A stretch of 60,940 bases of DNA, filler included. It is 3 parts of 3 records of this genome, joined end to end, with 100 filler letters (N's around TTAATTAATTAA, not from the genome) between each part and the next. Parts side by side here need not be neighbours in the genome. Positions count along the whole stretch, not along the records: positions 27,905 to 54,949 come from DRR378314_2092; 2 more parts are not named here. One strand, given 5' to 3'. Positions 30,200 to 43,825 of this stretch are shown one piece after another (within the stretch, counting starts at the first letter, position 1; each line of letters starts with the position of its first letter). The position numbers and the translations under genes were made by a program. A model generated the notes under the pieces. It did no database searches. It saw nothing but the letters and a program-made list of their open reading frames with translations, and had not been told where the DNA came from.

Positions 30200-33100
30200 C
30201 TGCTGGTGCTGCGTTCTTGAAGGCGGGAGTAGAGCTCCGCTGGATGCGTGTTTTCATTCAGGATTGGCGGCGAAGTCCGGTTGTTCGCATTTGATATTGT
30301 TGTAGATCGAAGCAATTGTTTACCACACACGTAAGCGTGTACCAGAAGCAAAGTTCAACATAAAAAATCAGTAGAGGAATCGAACATCGTCCAAGAGTTT
30401 TCGAAATACCAGGGAAAGGGCGAGCCTCCGTCACTCGCCGGTGATTCGAAAATGTGAGCGCGTCGCATGTGCTTAAACGCGAACAAAAGGTGCGCGATGG
30501 CCATGCGTTTCGTACCTCGCGGTGTGTGCTGAAAGCGAAACCGCGGCATATTCCTGTGTGAGTCTCGTGCATGCTGTACTACCTTTCGCGGTCTGCAGAG
30601 ACGAGAGCCCCAAAGCGCAGCGCATACATAACAAGCTGCTGTAAGATTCGCTCGGAGCTGCGCAGTTGAGGCACTGAAATGCACCTCTCGGAATGAGCAA
30701 GAAAGCCATACAAATTGTACAAATACCGCCATTTTCGTCTCTGGCAGTACTAATTTGCACGATCTTACGCAATTTTCCCACAACGTGATAGTTTGCGTTC
30801 TGTAGCAGAGCATTTCTGTGTTGCTCGTCGATGTACCTGTTGCTCTGTCCACGTGTGTAGGGCTCTGAAGCGGCGAGCTGATGCACTTCCGCGGCGCCTT
30901 TCACCTGCGCAGCCCGCACGGAGGAACGGTAGGGGATAGCAGTTTAATATGGTAAAACTGCACGCGCGTGTCGGGATCATGCCGCTCAGTGAACAGAATA
31001 TTTGAAAGCGACATGCAATGGTCCATCACTTACGTCGTGTAGGCTGTCTTCGGGCAGTATTCCACGACGTTGCTGACCTGATGCCGTAGTTGCCCTTGCA
31101 CGCGCGTGGCGCTCGCGTAAGCTCCCACGCGCGGAGCCCCCAAGGCTCTGTCCAGGCGCAAGAGAAAGTAGTCGGTGAATGGAGTCAGCCGGTGTGAAAT
31201 CGATCCAGTGGTGCTTCGAGCTGAAGCAAAACCTATCCGCATCAATTTTTTCATGGTCCTAAAGACACACAAGAACAAGCAGAGTGGAAAATTATGTGCA
31301 ATGGTTCCGCGCCCACCAGCACATGGCGGAAGACGACGTACCGCTGGCGCTGTGTCGGGGCGTGTGTGTCGATGCCTGCAAGCAGCACGACAGGTACGCT
31401 TGCGCTGAGTACGAAAAAGGATGGAGGAGCCACTAATACACAATTGCGTCCGATTGCCTATCGACCACGTTACGACAAAGCGGTCCACTTCCTGGTGACT
31501 GCATCTTGCGCAAGGCCGTAGTACTAGGCTTTGTACAGGATGCAGCACGCTGGACGCCCGTTCTTGCCGACGTCGACATCGAAACTATGGCACAAGCTCC
31601 ACTTCCCTGAGGTCGCAATGATCAACGAGCTGCGTATACCACCATAGGAGTATTTAGAGTTTTGTACATACCCTGTCCGTATGCATATTTGATCGTCGCG
31701 AAGATGTCGGAGAGTGACGCTGGTTCGGAAGTGTGAGCTGTCTTCTAGCAGCCGCAGCGACTGCTCTGACATTTGTAGCCTTGTGAAACTACACGTGCAG
31801 CAGAAGTGCCCGAACAGATACCCAGAAGAACAGGAATCGGTGCACAGCGTAGCTATGTAGCAGGTGGAAATTTTTGCCCTTGACTAGTTTCAAATAAAAA
31901 ATGATCGAGTCGTGCGTAACTGAAAGCCGCAGCGCCCGGCAAATCGTGGACATGAGCCATGTAGTGCACCCACGAGGTTGTGCTGATAGAACCGCGCCAA
32001 GACTCCACGCCGACGATTGCTCACCTTGTGTTGCTTTGAGAATCCTCCAAAAAGGATGGCTTTTCTCCAAAGGGCCATGGGGGGAATGCTGGTTTCAGAT
32101 CACTGCATGGCTTCAAACGGAGGCTGCCCCCGCGAAATCGACGCATCGTCTCCTCTGTCTCGTGCGCATGCACACCGGGGATATGCTGCGTGCTTGGCCC
32201 GGGCATTGGAATCGCTGCAAGAAGTTCCGTACGCCGCCGCCGATCGGCAATCGCCATGAGCACGGCGGAAAATTCCACATGTTGTGAAGCACACCGTGCG
32301 AACAAGAGGCTTCCAGGAACACGAATCAACGTAAACAGAGCTTATAATTACGAAGCGATCACATTAGGGTAGGCCCATTTCGCTTCACACCGCACTAATG
32401 GCCCAACTACCGTACGCGTCAGTGTGGGTGAAGGACGCTGCGCAGCCGTGGCGGCTCCACCGAGCGCGCACGGACGTCTCGTTTCTCCTCTCGGTCCATG
32501 CACGGGCCCTCTCCTTGTTTTTTTTTTTTTGCTGTGCTGCGCGAAACTTGTAACCAAATCCCTCATGCATACATGATGCACTGCACTGCTTACAATGGCT
32601 TGCCCTCTTTGCTGCTTTTTACATTTGGAAAGCACGCGGCAGCCCGGTCTCCTCTGCAAACGCAGAACCTGATCGGACCGGCGCAAAGACTGGGCCAGAA
32701 GTCCGACTCCCTAAGGCGTGTTTCCAAGTGCACGACGTTTTCCACTTCACTGTGCAAGTGCGCTTTGTACATAATCAGTACGTACTTATGCAAAGCTTAC
32801 GATCAGTCGGTTTTCGCGAAACTGGCCGCAAGGAGCGGGACTTCAGGCGGCTGAACGATGGACTTGGGGTTGGTCCCTCCATGGCTGCACTGCAGGCTCT
32901 CCCTGCCACGTTAATTTGGTACTGTTTCGCTGCGGCCAGAATGCGGCAATCCAGCCTGGTGCATGGAGATTCGCAGTACCAGTGATGATACTCTGCCAAG
33001 GTGGTGAGCAATGGACCGGTCTGGAGCCAGAGAACACGCTGTAGTAAGTACCAAGATGTGCTGCTAGCCCTGCCAACAGCTGCGGGCTGTCCGTTCCTGC

Positions 33101-33300
33101 AGCCGCTGCGCGAACGGGGGAATTTTGAGTATTCCTGTCGATGCTTGACACAACTAGGGCCACGATAAGGACCGTTCCCTGCCCTACGCTCTCGACCGTT
33201 GCGATGCGCCTGCCAGCCGACCGTCCCCGCCGTGGCTGTCCCAAGCTGGGAAAAGCTTGCGGTCTACTCCGTTCCTCTTCGTCCGCGAGCTCGCTGTGAA
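30200..33300 (-). CDS. Probable spliced gene of unknown function (model unresolved)
   Basis: Several minus-strand segments flanked by YAG and GTRNGN-like sites (about 32025-32154, 31671-31745, 31033-31076, 30769-30799). More than one frame is open and no domain is recognised. Bounds approximate. Confidence 0.3.
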
Positions 33301-33469
33301 GGAAACGCTGAGGCGCGCCGCTCACAAGCTGTGGCCTGCAAGGTGAAGAGCATCGCTAGACGTATATTGCCGATCTACAAAACCACCTGCTCGCGTAGAT
33401 AGGCAGTGCCACCCTTCAGCCGGCCTCTTTTGTTCGCTTTGCACACGACCACGTAACTGCAGCACGAAA

Positions 33470-35366
33470 ATGGCGATACTCCGCACACTTCTCGTCGGCT
33501 TCTCTGTGACCGCAATGGTACGTGTTGTTGATGGCATGGAATGATATTGCGCTTGCCCGCTTGTCTGGTATTGGTAGCGTAGATAAAAGGAAAATAAAGC
33601 TTGTCAATAATGATTGAGGGCGGTGTACAGGGCAGTGCGACTAGTGGAAGCTTGGTAAACACGCCCCAGCTGGTGTGCTTCTCAGCTGGGTTGCTGTGCG
33701 CCTGCGGACAACATGCAGCGCCTGCGTCTCACTCCTGAAGCACCGGGCTTTGCTCAGAAACCCACACTGCCGCTCTTCTGTGGCACAATATGCCGCACCT
33801 GCTCGCGAGCTCCTGCGAATTTGACGCGGTTTCATTTGTTCTGTTCGTTCGTGTCGATGTTATAGTTTGTCACTTTCGTCACAACGGCCAATCTCGGACA
33901 AAACACGAATCCAGCCACGGTACGCGGTTTGCAGCGCAAGCGCAGGCGCTGTCTTGCAACGCAGCACCTTGCCGCAAAGCGGTGAGCTATTGTTTCGAAC
34001 GGGCGTGTTGCGTACCAGGAGCTCTTATTTATCACTCGCGCGACCTTGTACATGTTGTTTGTAATGTTTTCTTTGTTGCTGGTGTGGCATGTAGGCATCG
34101 GTCGCATTTTTTTACTATGCAGTGGCCCAAATGACGTACTTCATCGTCAACGTATTTGGGTTTGAGACGACGAGGAAATACGGAACAGGTTCGCTTGCCC
34201 GTTGGCACTGCACTGCACGCGCTTTCCTGCTCCCATCCCTGCCGGTTTTCTTCCAACAATCCGGTTACCGGTATATTTGATGTTGAATTGTAGTAGTTAA
34301 GGAGTTTGTTTGTACTTGTTCCGCGCAATCTAATGGGTGCGGCATGTCGGCTCGCCTCCCTGGCTCGCACTTGAACGGCCCTGTACAAAGTGAATTGCCG
34401 TTTTCCTTGGCACACCTGGCTAGCTTACCCCCACTCCCGAAGGATATATCGCTCACATGTGTGCCCCGTGCGCATTCCCCCGAATCGCAGAAAAGAATGA
34501 AGCTTCTGGTCACTGGCTGTTTGCGTCATTGCTGACTTTCTCGGTCACGATGGATTGCATCGCTGTGTATCACTTGAACAAATGCAAGAAGGAGGGCAAC
34601 GCCTACAGCTGCGGAGGACCCACGGTATGCCTTGAAACGCGGCGAACTGTGCTCCACATCTGCGGAGTAGGCGCGTGCGCGTGCGCGCTGCTGGAGCGGA
34701 GAATCTTGGCATTTCCACCATATCCACGTCCTTGGCAAGGCACTTACGACGTATGATTGACATTGCATTCTCCCATGTCTCTCTTTTCACCCTGCTTTCT
34801 TACTATCTCGTTTGCTGCCTACAGCTGAGCGGGCTATCGTACGACGGAATCAAGGGCGGGATCGGATTTGTGCTGTTCCTCGGTTTGATACAGCTTGCTC
34901 TTACCGCCCTGGCTGGGTTTTTGTCTCGGGCGGGTGGTTCCGCAGGGGCAATGCAGCACGGTATGTTACACACGCGACCCAATACCACCATCTGAGCTCT
35001 TGGCTGATCACACGATCGTAGTAATCGTTTTTGGAGTCGTGACGCACTAGAATTGGCGATCACCCATGGGCCTGGCTTACGCGCCGTTTCTGACCTTTCT
35101 CCAGCTGGAAACGGCTGGCTCATGCAACGCAAGCGAAAGAAAAGAAACTATGTTTTCGATATTGTTGTGAATGCTGACTTGTTCTTTGCTGCACGCCGTA
35201 ATGCTTGGGTCACTGCTGCGCAGATGCGTTCGCCTACGCGAGTTCACCCGCTGCAACGCTCCCTGGGAATCAAGGTGGCGCTGCCGCAGTCCCGGTCGGT
35301 GCCTACACCGCTCCCGTAATGAATCCTTCGACGGTTTTTCCAGAGTCGCAGCGATATGTAGGATGA
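33470..35366 (+). CDS. Four-TM MARVEL-like membrane protein, 6 exons, 202 aa
   Basis: Exons 33470-33517, 33866-33919, 34095-34188, 34491-34624, 34825-34960, 35224-35366; all GT-AG, ATG to TGA, 609 nt. Four hydrophobic helices, Cys pair in loop 2, Pro/Tyr/Gly tail. Confidence 0.72.
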
Positions 35367-36535
35367 GAGCAAACGTTGTCCTCGGTTAACAGAATGCAGT
35401 AATACTGTCTTTGAGAAGGAAGCGAACTTCCGTTCGCCCTCCTTGTTCGAACGGTTTTGCGGTACGGAAACGGAAAGCATTGGGAGTACCTACTTGTGGC
35501 TCTAGGGCCTTGCCAGTTTGTAATCCTGCCGAGCAATGCCAGCTGTGCGCTGTGCTCTTGAACCGTACTTCTTTTATGTTGTTTTGGAAAGATTTGTGGT
35601 GATGCCAAAGTGGAGTTCCGGTTCCACCTGGTCAGGTGAGTCTCGGTAACATTTGTGGGCAAACCTCTCTTGTTTGCGAGTGTGTCTAGTCGGGCGAAAG
35701 AGTTTGTATGGCCGATCGAAGCTCTCGATCCCGCCCATTATTCCCAAAGCAGCGCGACGCTGCGCGAAATAGTTAGATGTAAAAGAAATACATTTCTTTT
35801 CTTGGTTTGGCTCCAGTGCCGATCATGGTGCGACGGAGAGTACTAACACTACAGTTTTTCACGCGCGCTGTGGATCGAGCGGTCGCAGGAGAGTGCCTAT
35901 ACCCTAAACAATTCGCAGGAGAACACGCTCGTGGCATTTCTTCTGCGCACTGTCACAGGAGCATGTATGTTATTCACATTGAAAGAAGAAATATGTTGCT
36001 TTCCAAGAATGGGAAATTGGATTAGCCAGCACGTAGGTGATGCAGCGAATACAATGCCGAAGCAGCGGAAAGCCTGGCAAGCAGGTTGTCGCTGTAGGTT
36101 CAGCACGTTACAGTTGATTGGCCGCACCAAGCATACCCGGATACGCAGCGCGCAGAAGCGTTCAGGGAGCACGTATGGAAGCTGAATATTTGATCTCGTG
36201 TAGAAGCATACTGCACGGTTATGGCGATAGCGAGAGATTTCAAGGGCGAAGGGGGAACTTTCCTCCGCAACAGTATGTAGGCTGGCCAACACGTGATGGT
36301 CTCTGCATGTACGGCGCAGAGCGCGCGTGAGCGATGAGCGCATCAGCAAGGTAAACCTAGCTTGCCAATCTTTCCCACAGTGCGACGTCTGCTTGCTCGC
36401 ATTGCCGCTGCGCGCGTGCTGCGTTGTGGGAGCCGGTCGTGCCTGTGCCGAGTTCGTCCTTCGTGTGTGCTTGAGCACGAGGTCGTTTATCTTTCTGGCT
36501 TCTTTTTTGAATATACTTCCCCTTCTTCCTCTATC

Positions 36536-39500
36536 ATGGTGAAACACGAAGTGAGAAAGAATTCACAGAAAGGGAAGCCGGAGGCGCCGAGACGCAAGCG
36601 CACACTGAGCCAGAAGCGCACGAGCGCAATCGGCGTTCTCGCGTTTGTGTCAGTCCTCCTAGCTTGCGTCGCGTTTCCGCTGTCGAGGTACTGCCACTTC
36701 CGCCAAGTGTACAACGAAGAAGTACGTTTTCACGAATAATTACTATCACGAAGAAGATGTATCTTTAAAACTTTTATACCAGGTTTTTGTGATGTATGCA
36801 TGTTGTGCGTCGCGCACTCGGGCTTGATGCCAGGAGAAGTGCGTGGCCGGTTCGTGCGCCCCTGTGCCTCTTGCCTGTGCAACGCCTCGTCCAGCCCCGG
36901 GGCGTCTATGTGTGGGAGGACGGCGCTGTCGCTCGTAGTCCTCCCAGTCGTTCTGGCTTCACAGCCGTCTTAGTACGCATTGGCTGCCGTTTCACTATCT
37001 GGAAGTGTATTACAATCTTGAGTATCACGAAATGTTGGAGTGCGTTCCGAAGGGATTGCGTTGCCCGTTTGCATCATCTGCTGCTGGTCTGTATCCAGCG
37101 TTTGCTCGCGTTCGACGCTTCGCGCTTCCCGCGCTGCTGTTGCTCCGCGCGTGGTCGGAACGCAAAGCGCCTGCACGCCTGCCGGCCACCATTGCGCTGG
37201 TCCCGCAAGCATACGCGGCAATTCGATACCGGTGACGTATAGTAATACGATAGACCCAATTGCTTCAAATGGCCGTACTCGGGGCTTTCGTTCGATTAGC
37301 TTCAGCAAACTTGGTTCCAGCGCGCTAAGCGAGCGCACAGTGAACGCTGTTGTGTGTGCCTGCCCTGTTCGCTTCGTGGCAGAAGGGCTGACTTCGGCAC
37401 GCACGGCGGGAGCCGAGGCTGCCAGTTCCTCGCTGTTGCCGCATCCGCATTCGGTTCGCGCGTACAATTTCGCACCCCATCTTTTTGCGATGGCATGATT
37501 GGAATATCAGAGAAGAGTACTCTTTATTGTCCCGTCTTCGCATTGTGATATGCAACTTGTGCTTCTCTCCGCCCCTTGCTTTGCGCGACCACTGCGGAAC
37601 GCGAGCCCGAGAGGGCGTCTGCTTTGCCCGTGCTGTTGTCCGCTTCTTTCCCGCCTTTTCTTGCGCGTGCGCTTTCGTCGTCGGATACAGTGGCATGACT
37701 TCCTACCTAATTGTGCTCTAAACAGGTTTCGTTTTATGTACTAATGTTTGCCTTTTTCCTGCTTGCACGTGGTGGCTGGCGCGTTTGCGCAGCACTCTTT
37801 CTGGAACCCGCGGTTCGACGGATACCTCAGCGGCGAAGCTGACAAGCTCGCGCCACGAGTTCTTGCGCATCGTGGGTGCGTTTCCTTTTTCTGGAGTTTG
37901 TGTGAATTTCGATAAGAGGAATGACCATGTGCACTTAGAAGATGCGCGAGCTCCATCGCGAAGTACGTAGATCGCTGTGTATGCTTTGTGGTGTGTATCG
38001 CTCGGCAGCTTGCACGCCAGTTTCGCTTGTTGTTCCTTGCTTCCGTCATCGTTCCACTTTTGCACCTCTGCCAATCTGTCTGTTGTCTTCACCATTTTAT
38101 TGGATTATGCCGCACGCTTTCTTCAGTTCACTCCTACGTTTACAAAGTAAGTATTTCGTTTGCTCCTGTTTTTGTTTTTGCGCGGTTTCCTCCCTCTTCG
38201 GTTTCTGCGCTGTCACCGTACAGAGGTGCTGACTTGCATCCGGAAAACACGGTTGGCGCTTTCCGAGCTGCCCTTTTTCACGGGGCAGACGTTCTCGAGT
38301 GGGATGTGCGGATGAGCAAAGATGGTGTGTATGCCTCTCGCCATTGCAAGCGGTTACTGCTTTTGTTATGATTTCTCTTTCTGAATTGTATTGTCGAGTG
38401 TTGAACTACATTCGAATGGGGAGCCAGAACAGAGCCTGAATCGCAGTGGGCGAGGTAAAAGGTGTTGAGGAAGAATTATTGCACAATTCTTTGAGCACGA
38501 CTTCACGCCCGCCGATTGCCGCTATGAATATAGACTGTGCAGAATCAGCACTGTTGTGGAAGAGAGTACGTACATACATTGCCCTGTTTTGATTCTTATT
38601 TTCTGATTCCCGTATCGCGATGGATGATTATCGCGGGGGAACTTCGATGTATGGCACTGTTTTGTTGCTCCATGTTGTAGGCGAACTCGTGGTCGTGCAT
38701 GATGCCTCGCTGGAACGGGTGACTGAGAGCATTGCAAAGGTCAACGAGCTCACGGTTTCCGAGATTCAAGCGCTGGTGCGTGCAGGGACGCGCTCCTGGT
38801 GTACGAGGGGGCTCGAGGCAAGAAAGGGCAGGCTGTTGCACAGAGCTGCTCACTTGCCCGCGAATCACCATGACCCTTGGTTGAAACTTTTGTTGTGGTG
38901 GAATGGAGGGAAAGCGCTGCGACACATATCCGAGACGTTGGCCGCGATGCATGTTGCGGTAGCCCGACCCCATATTCCTTTTACCGTCGTACTTTGTCCA
39001 TAGAGTACATGGATGTCACCGCGACCGATCGCAAGCGTGAACGGGGAGCGCATGACAGTTCTGACCGTGGCTGTGCTCGTCATTACGGTCGGGCTGCGTT
39101 TCATCCAGGATGCTGGTTACAGATTCTCCCGCGATGGCGGAAAGACGTTCCCTGCCCGTGGGAAAGGTGCGCTTTTCGTGTACAAACTCTTCGCATGAAT
39201 ATTGCACCTCAAACATGCCCCGATGGACATGAATTGGATGTATGTGCGTATCTCGCGTTTCATTGGGTATTCGCACTTTTGCTCACATCGCGCGTTTGCC
39301 ACTGCGGTTCGTGCGGATTGCGTGTGCAGGACATCACATTCCCCTTGCGGACGAGATTTTGGGTTTATTCCCCTCGGAGAGACATAATATTGAAATCAAA
39401 GTACGCAAAACCTTACTGTTGTACCTGTCAGGGCAGGCGGTGGGCCACAATCTATGAAACAAGCTTCTGTGCACGCCTCCGGCGTATCCGGACTCCCCCA

Positions 39501-42500
39501 TCTAGCGCCTGGCGCTCAGAGATTCGCGTTTTCTCGACACCAGCGTACCTTTGCGAACACTCTGCTATTTTGTTTGAGCGCTACGTTTTTTTGGTGTACT
39601 GTTTGATAGCAGAACACATTGAGTGGTACATTGGACTTGTTGTGCTCCGTCGAGTATTGAACTGCATACCTGGTGCGCACGCACGGCGCCGCCGCTGCGA
39701 ATTGGGAACAAAGGGGAGAGAGGGAGAGAGATCACAACGTGCACTATTTCGTGCGGGCAATCTTGCAAAGTGAACAGGGAACTAGCTCCTCTCCCACCCC
39801 CTTTTGTTTCTTCATGCATGCCGAGGGCGTGATAATACTGACACCCTTTTCCGCCTCGGTGTCGCCGCCTGAGTGAAAACGTTGATAGTTTCCCCGTAAC
39901 CTGTTATGGCGCGTGATGTTCTGCGCCGTTCTGGGCGCCGCAGGATAACGACATCCGGGCCGCAACGTCCCTGTACAAATTGATCGAGTCGCACGGGCTG
40001 CGCGACCAAGTCTGCGTTGTGTCGGCTCACTGCAACGTGATCAATCACTTTAGGAAGATCTCGGCACGCATTGTTGGTACGAAGAACCGCACTTTTCTAT
40101 TGCGAGTCACCGCCTTCGCATTTGCTTCACTGTACGACATGTATCGTGAAGTCTTCCTCGTGAGAATTACTGCATGTGTTTGCTTCGCTTACTGGAGCTG
40201 CCCAAAGTTTGATTGGGATTGGGTTTGTTGCTCGTGCGTGACGATCGTGCGTGTCCGTTGTTCAGCGCGCACAGTCCGTTTAGACGAGTGAGCATATTGA
40301 GTGCAATTGGTGCGCAATGTCAAAAGTTGCTTATTAGCTCTGCGTTAGGGATTATAGTTATTATTATTTTGCAGAGCCTATTTTCCTGGATACCATGGTA
40401 TTCTACATGGCGATCTCCTGCGCTACAAGATATTGTTTCTTCCGTCTTTCGTCAATACGATGCGACGCAGAGGTGCCCGAATAATCCAGTAGCTTATCCA
40501 TTGGCATCTGACTGTGTTCTTTTTCATATGCTGTTTTTTTATTCTTTCAAAAACATTCCGTTCTACTGTCGTCCAAAGAACCGCTGCTCATGTTGTGTGC
40601 CGCATCACACGTGCAATCGCTGATGCTCGCTCCGTCTGCGCAGATATTTCGAAGCGGGTCAACACACCCCCGGACTTTTTGGCACGAAACGTTTCCTGCA
40701 AAACCTTTCCCCGTCTGTGTCAGCTGGTGCGTTTCTGAAAGTAGTCATCGCCTTTGGATGGAAGCTGCTTTCGCCGCACAACTCGGGAACGCTGTGGGGT
40801 AGAGTGTCCTGAGTGACTGGTGCAGTATTGATCGCTGCTTGCGGTGCGGCGACTGGCACATATGATTGTCGCTGGAAAGGGCTGCCGTGTCGACTTCTTT
40901 CTCGAAATGTCCTCCGCACGATGTACCAAGCGAACGAGTCGTTACAATTGCTGATGCTGGCACACGCGGATCTTTCGTGCGCCAAATGGCATTGTGGATG
41001 GAAACCAGGCGGTGCCCATTTGCACTGGTGGATGCGAAAGCGAGATGGTTGATATCGGCATGTCGTGCATGGCGGGATACAAGTTCTGGCCGGAGCCAAA
41101 AGCGGTATGTCGCGCCACGAGTCCTTTCGCAAATTTTTCTCTACGTTAATGCGTCGGCGTGCTCGCTACTGCCCCTCTCCGTTTCTTTGCGCCTACATGT
41201 GCCGACTGTGGTCTCTTACGTGCTACTATCGAGTTCTTGTCCAGCGCCTCTCCCTGGGGATAGCGAATGCCGGTAGTCTGCTATTTTGCGCTTCCATCAA
41301 ACCTATTTACTGTGTTTTGTCAATTGTTACCGTGTGCGGAAAGAGAAGTAGGCTCGCCGCTGTCGAAAAAAGTAATGGTGGGGCTCAGCAGCGCATCGAT
41401 GTCGATCTTTCGTGGTACATAGCGAAGTTTTCGTTCGAGATTCGTGCAGTGCTATGTTCGCAGTCATTCCGGTTCTCTTCGAGGCTCACAGCTCTCTTGC
41501 TCCTATTGTGTCGCTGCCCGGCTTTGCGTTTCCTGTTCAGAACGTTCTCCAACTTCCTTTCCGGCAAGCTGGTGTTGATGTGACCGAAACAAACATTATC
41601 CAATGCGCTCACGACCGCAATGAGGTCTGTTGCCCAATGTGCTGTTGACGCTGCTTTGCCGAAGACTTTGCAGGGATTTCCAGGGCAGGAGCACCTTGGA
41701 ATGGAGAACGTAACTTGTAATTGAACGCGTTGAATGTGTGTGCCAGAATACGGGATCTCGCAATCATGTATTACAGGAGAAATGCGCACGGTATATTAGG
41801 GAGATGTGCGTACACCCTATATCGTTTCTTCGTCGCTTGAGCGCCAAAGCCGCCGATCGCTCTGTCATTTTGGAACAACTGGGATAGGAGGAAGTGAAGT
41901 CATGCAACTGGTCTCACTTCCTGCGTGAAAACGCGTGGATTTCTGCGATACGGCTAGTTCCTTGTGCAGTGTTTGTTCCCAGTAGACCTTTGTGCTGCCA
42001 CACCGCGACGCCCGCGCGCGGGCTCCGTACAGTTACGCCATTTGCTTGGTTCCGCTTCGCCGCTTCCCTTGACCACGATCGCTGCTTCGCAGTTGGCGTG
42101 TGCTGCTCCACGAATCGTCGTGCTTTCTCGGACGAAGCTGTCGTATCTACACTGCGTACGCGTGTGTGTACAACGAGCTTACACTTAATCCTTGACGTGC
42201 GTGGCTTGACGTGTAGCATGTGGACTTTTGGGTCGTCGACAATCGCGATGACATTCGCCACGTGATCAAAGCAGGCGCCGACGGAATCATCACGAATCGT
42301 GTCGACATTGTAGTGGATGTACGCAGCGCGTTTTTGACCTTCCTGCTTGGTCCCTATTGAAACGGGTTCATTTTGCGTGCAGTGTTGGCGGCAAAGAATT
42401 GCCTCGCGCAATCGCGAACGATGAGGATTGTCGAGAGCACTTGCTGTTTTCACTACGTAGGCGAGCATGCACGCTGGCTGCTGCGCCTTGCTCGTAGATT

Positions 42501-43059
42501 ATACTTGCTAGGGGGAGCGTCTGGTTTTGTTTTGCTGTGTTGTGTTGTGCGGCGTTGTGCGGCGTTGTGTTCGCGGCACAGAGCAGCTTTTGTCTAATGA
42601 CAGAGTGCAGACTCGCCTTGACTGTGATCTAAATCGCGTCGTTTTGTGTGAGACGTCGCTCGCCTCGCCGGGATGGATGGCCGTTTGCTGTGCACGCGCT
42701 TGCATCTTCATTGCATGCACAACTCGGTACTCTCTTTCTGCTGCCGTCGAACGATCGGATGCAGGAGCTCTGCCGAGCTGGCTACGAGCATTCCTGTGCG
42801 CACGTGCGGCGCGTGCACGATTCGTCTCCGGAGTCTCATCCGGTAACATATGATGGACCGGCGAGTGCTCTGCCTGTGGAACACTACACTTGCTCCGGGA
42901 TTTTGTGTCATATCGCGCCATTCCTCCTCTCACTCGGTACGTGACTAGCAACGAGCCTCATTCTACCGCTGCACTCCAGAGCTGAGATGTGGAACTTGAA
43001 GTTATTTGTTCCCCTCGTTTTCTACGATAGATACTGTAGACTCTCTTCGAGGCCGATAG
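36536..43059 (+). CDS. Membrane-anchored glycerophosphodiester phosphodiesterase, 15 exons, about 461 aa
   Basis: Exons 36536-36687, 36965-37039, 37300-37351, 37793-37875, 38224-38324, 38681-38775, 39109-39166, 39330-39400, 39944-40076, 40644-40726, 41009-41104, 41541-41624, 42217-42318, 42765-42936, 43031-43059; all GT-AG, 1386 nt. Motifs AHRGGADLHPENT, EWDV..SKDG..VVVHD, NIEIK, FWVVDN, GADGIITN. Exons 2-3 and the last two are less certain. Confidence 0.9.
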
Positions 43060-43621
43060 GTAGTGAATTTCAATTATGATAGACCTATTTTACGTCGCTA
43101 TCCTGGCACGTGCTGCCGCGGTTGAAGGGTGCTCTGCGATCCCGTGCGATCCGAGCATCGCGGCAGCAGGGCAGGTCACACTGTTGCAGTGTTGCGACGG
43201 AGCGCACTTGCACGTATGGCCAAGGGGCTGCAGTGATTATATAGGTGCGCTATGCTTGTGCGAAGGATTTGGGCATTTGCGCAGCACGCGCATTGCACGG
43301 GTGTACTGACTGGATTCGTCTCGTTGCTCCCGTGCGTATCGGGTGATGGGGTGGTATCTGACAGGCGTGGCGCAGTACCTGGGCCATGTTGCGCTCTCAG
43401 GTCTGGTAGCAGTGCTGGTTCTCCTGTACAGCTCTGCGTACCGGAGAATGGTGCGGTAGAGTACGTTGAAGATCGCGAGTCTCTTCCCCATCGCTATCAG
43501 CGATGCGTGGCAGGGCCGGCAGATTGATCGTTTTTAAAAAAGAATTTTTTTTTGAGAGGAGTGTTCATAGTGCCTCAGACAGGGAGGGCGAGACAACGCT
43601 CGCAGCGATGGGCAGGCGTCT

Positions 43622-43640
43622 GCGCGCGCGCGCGCGCGCG
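43622..43640. repeat. (GC)n alternating tract
   Basis: GCGCGCGCGCGCGCGCGCG run. Confidence 0.85.
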
Positions 43641-43825
43641 TGCAGAGGAGCGGAAAGGCGCATGGCATGTATGCAAAGCGTGTCGCGTTGCGGCGCACGT
43701 TTTCTTCGAATTTTTACAAAGTATTGCGATGCATCAACGTGTGGATGAATGGGAATTCATCGGAAGTACATGAGCGCGACCTGCACGCCACCCTCGGCTC
43801 CGCGCACGACTGCGCGTGCGCGGAC

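Noticed and set aside
40375..41104. Apparent scrambled exon order or GC-AG intron in the GDPD gene (segment 40375-40472 reads LPSFVNTMRRRG or SLFSWIPW and looked like a later motif)
   Set aside because: A fully collinear GT-AG model exists (39944-40076, 40644-40726, 41009-41104, 41541-41624, 42217-42318), and the true VLQLP...CAHDRNE exon is at 41541.
42520..42580. TTGTGCGGCG-type repeats as CRISPR or telomere
   Set aside because: Short degenerate intronic microsatellite with no spacers, no cas genes and an internal position.
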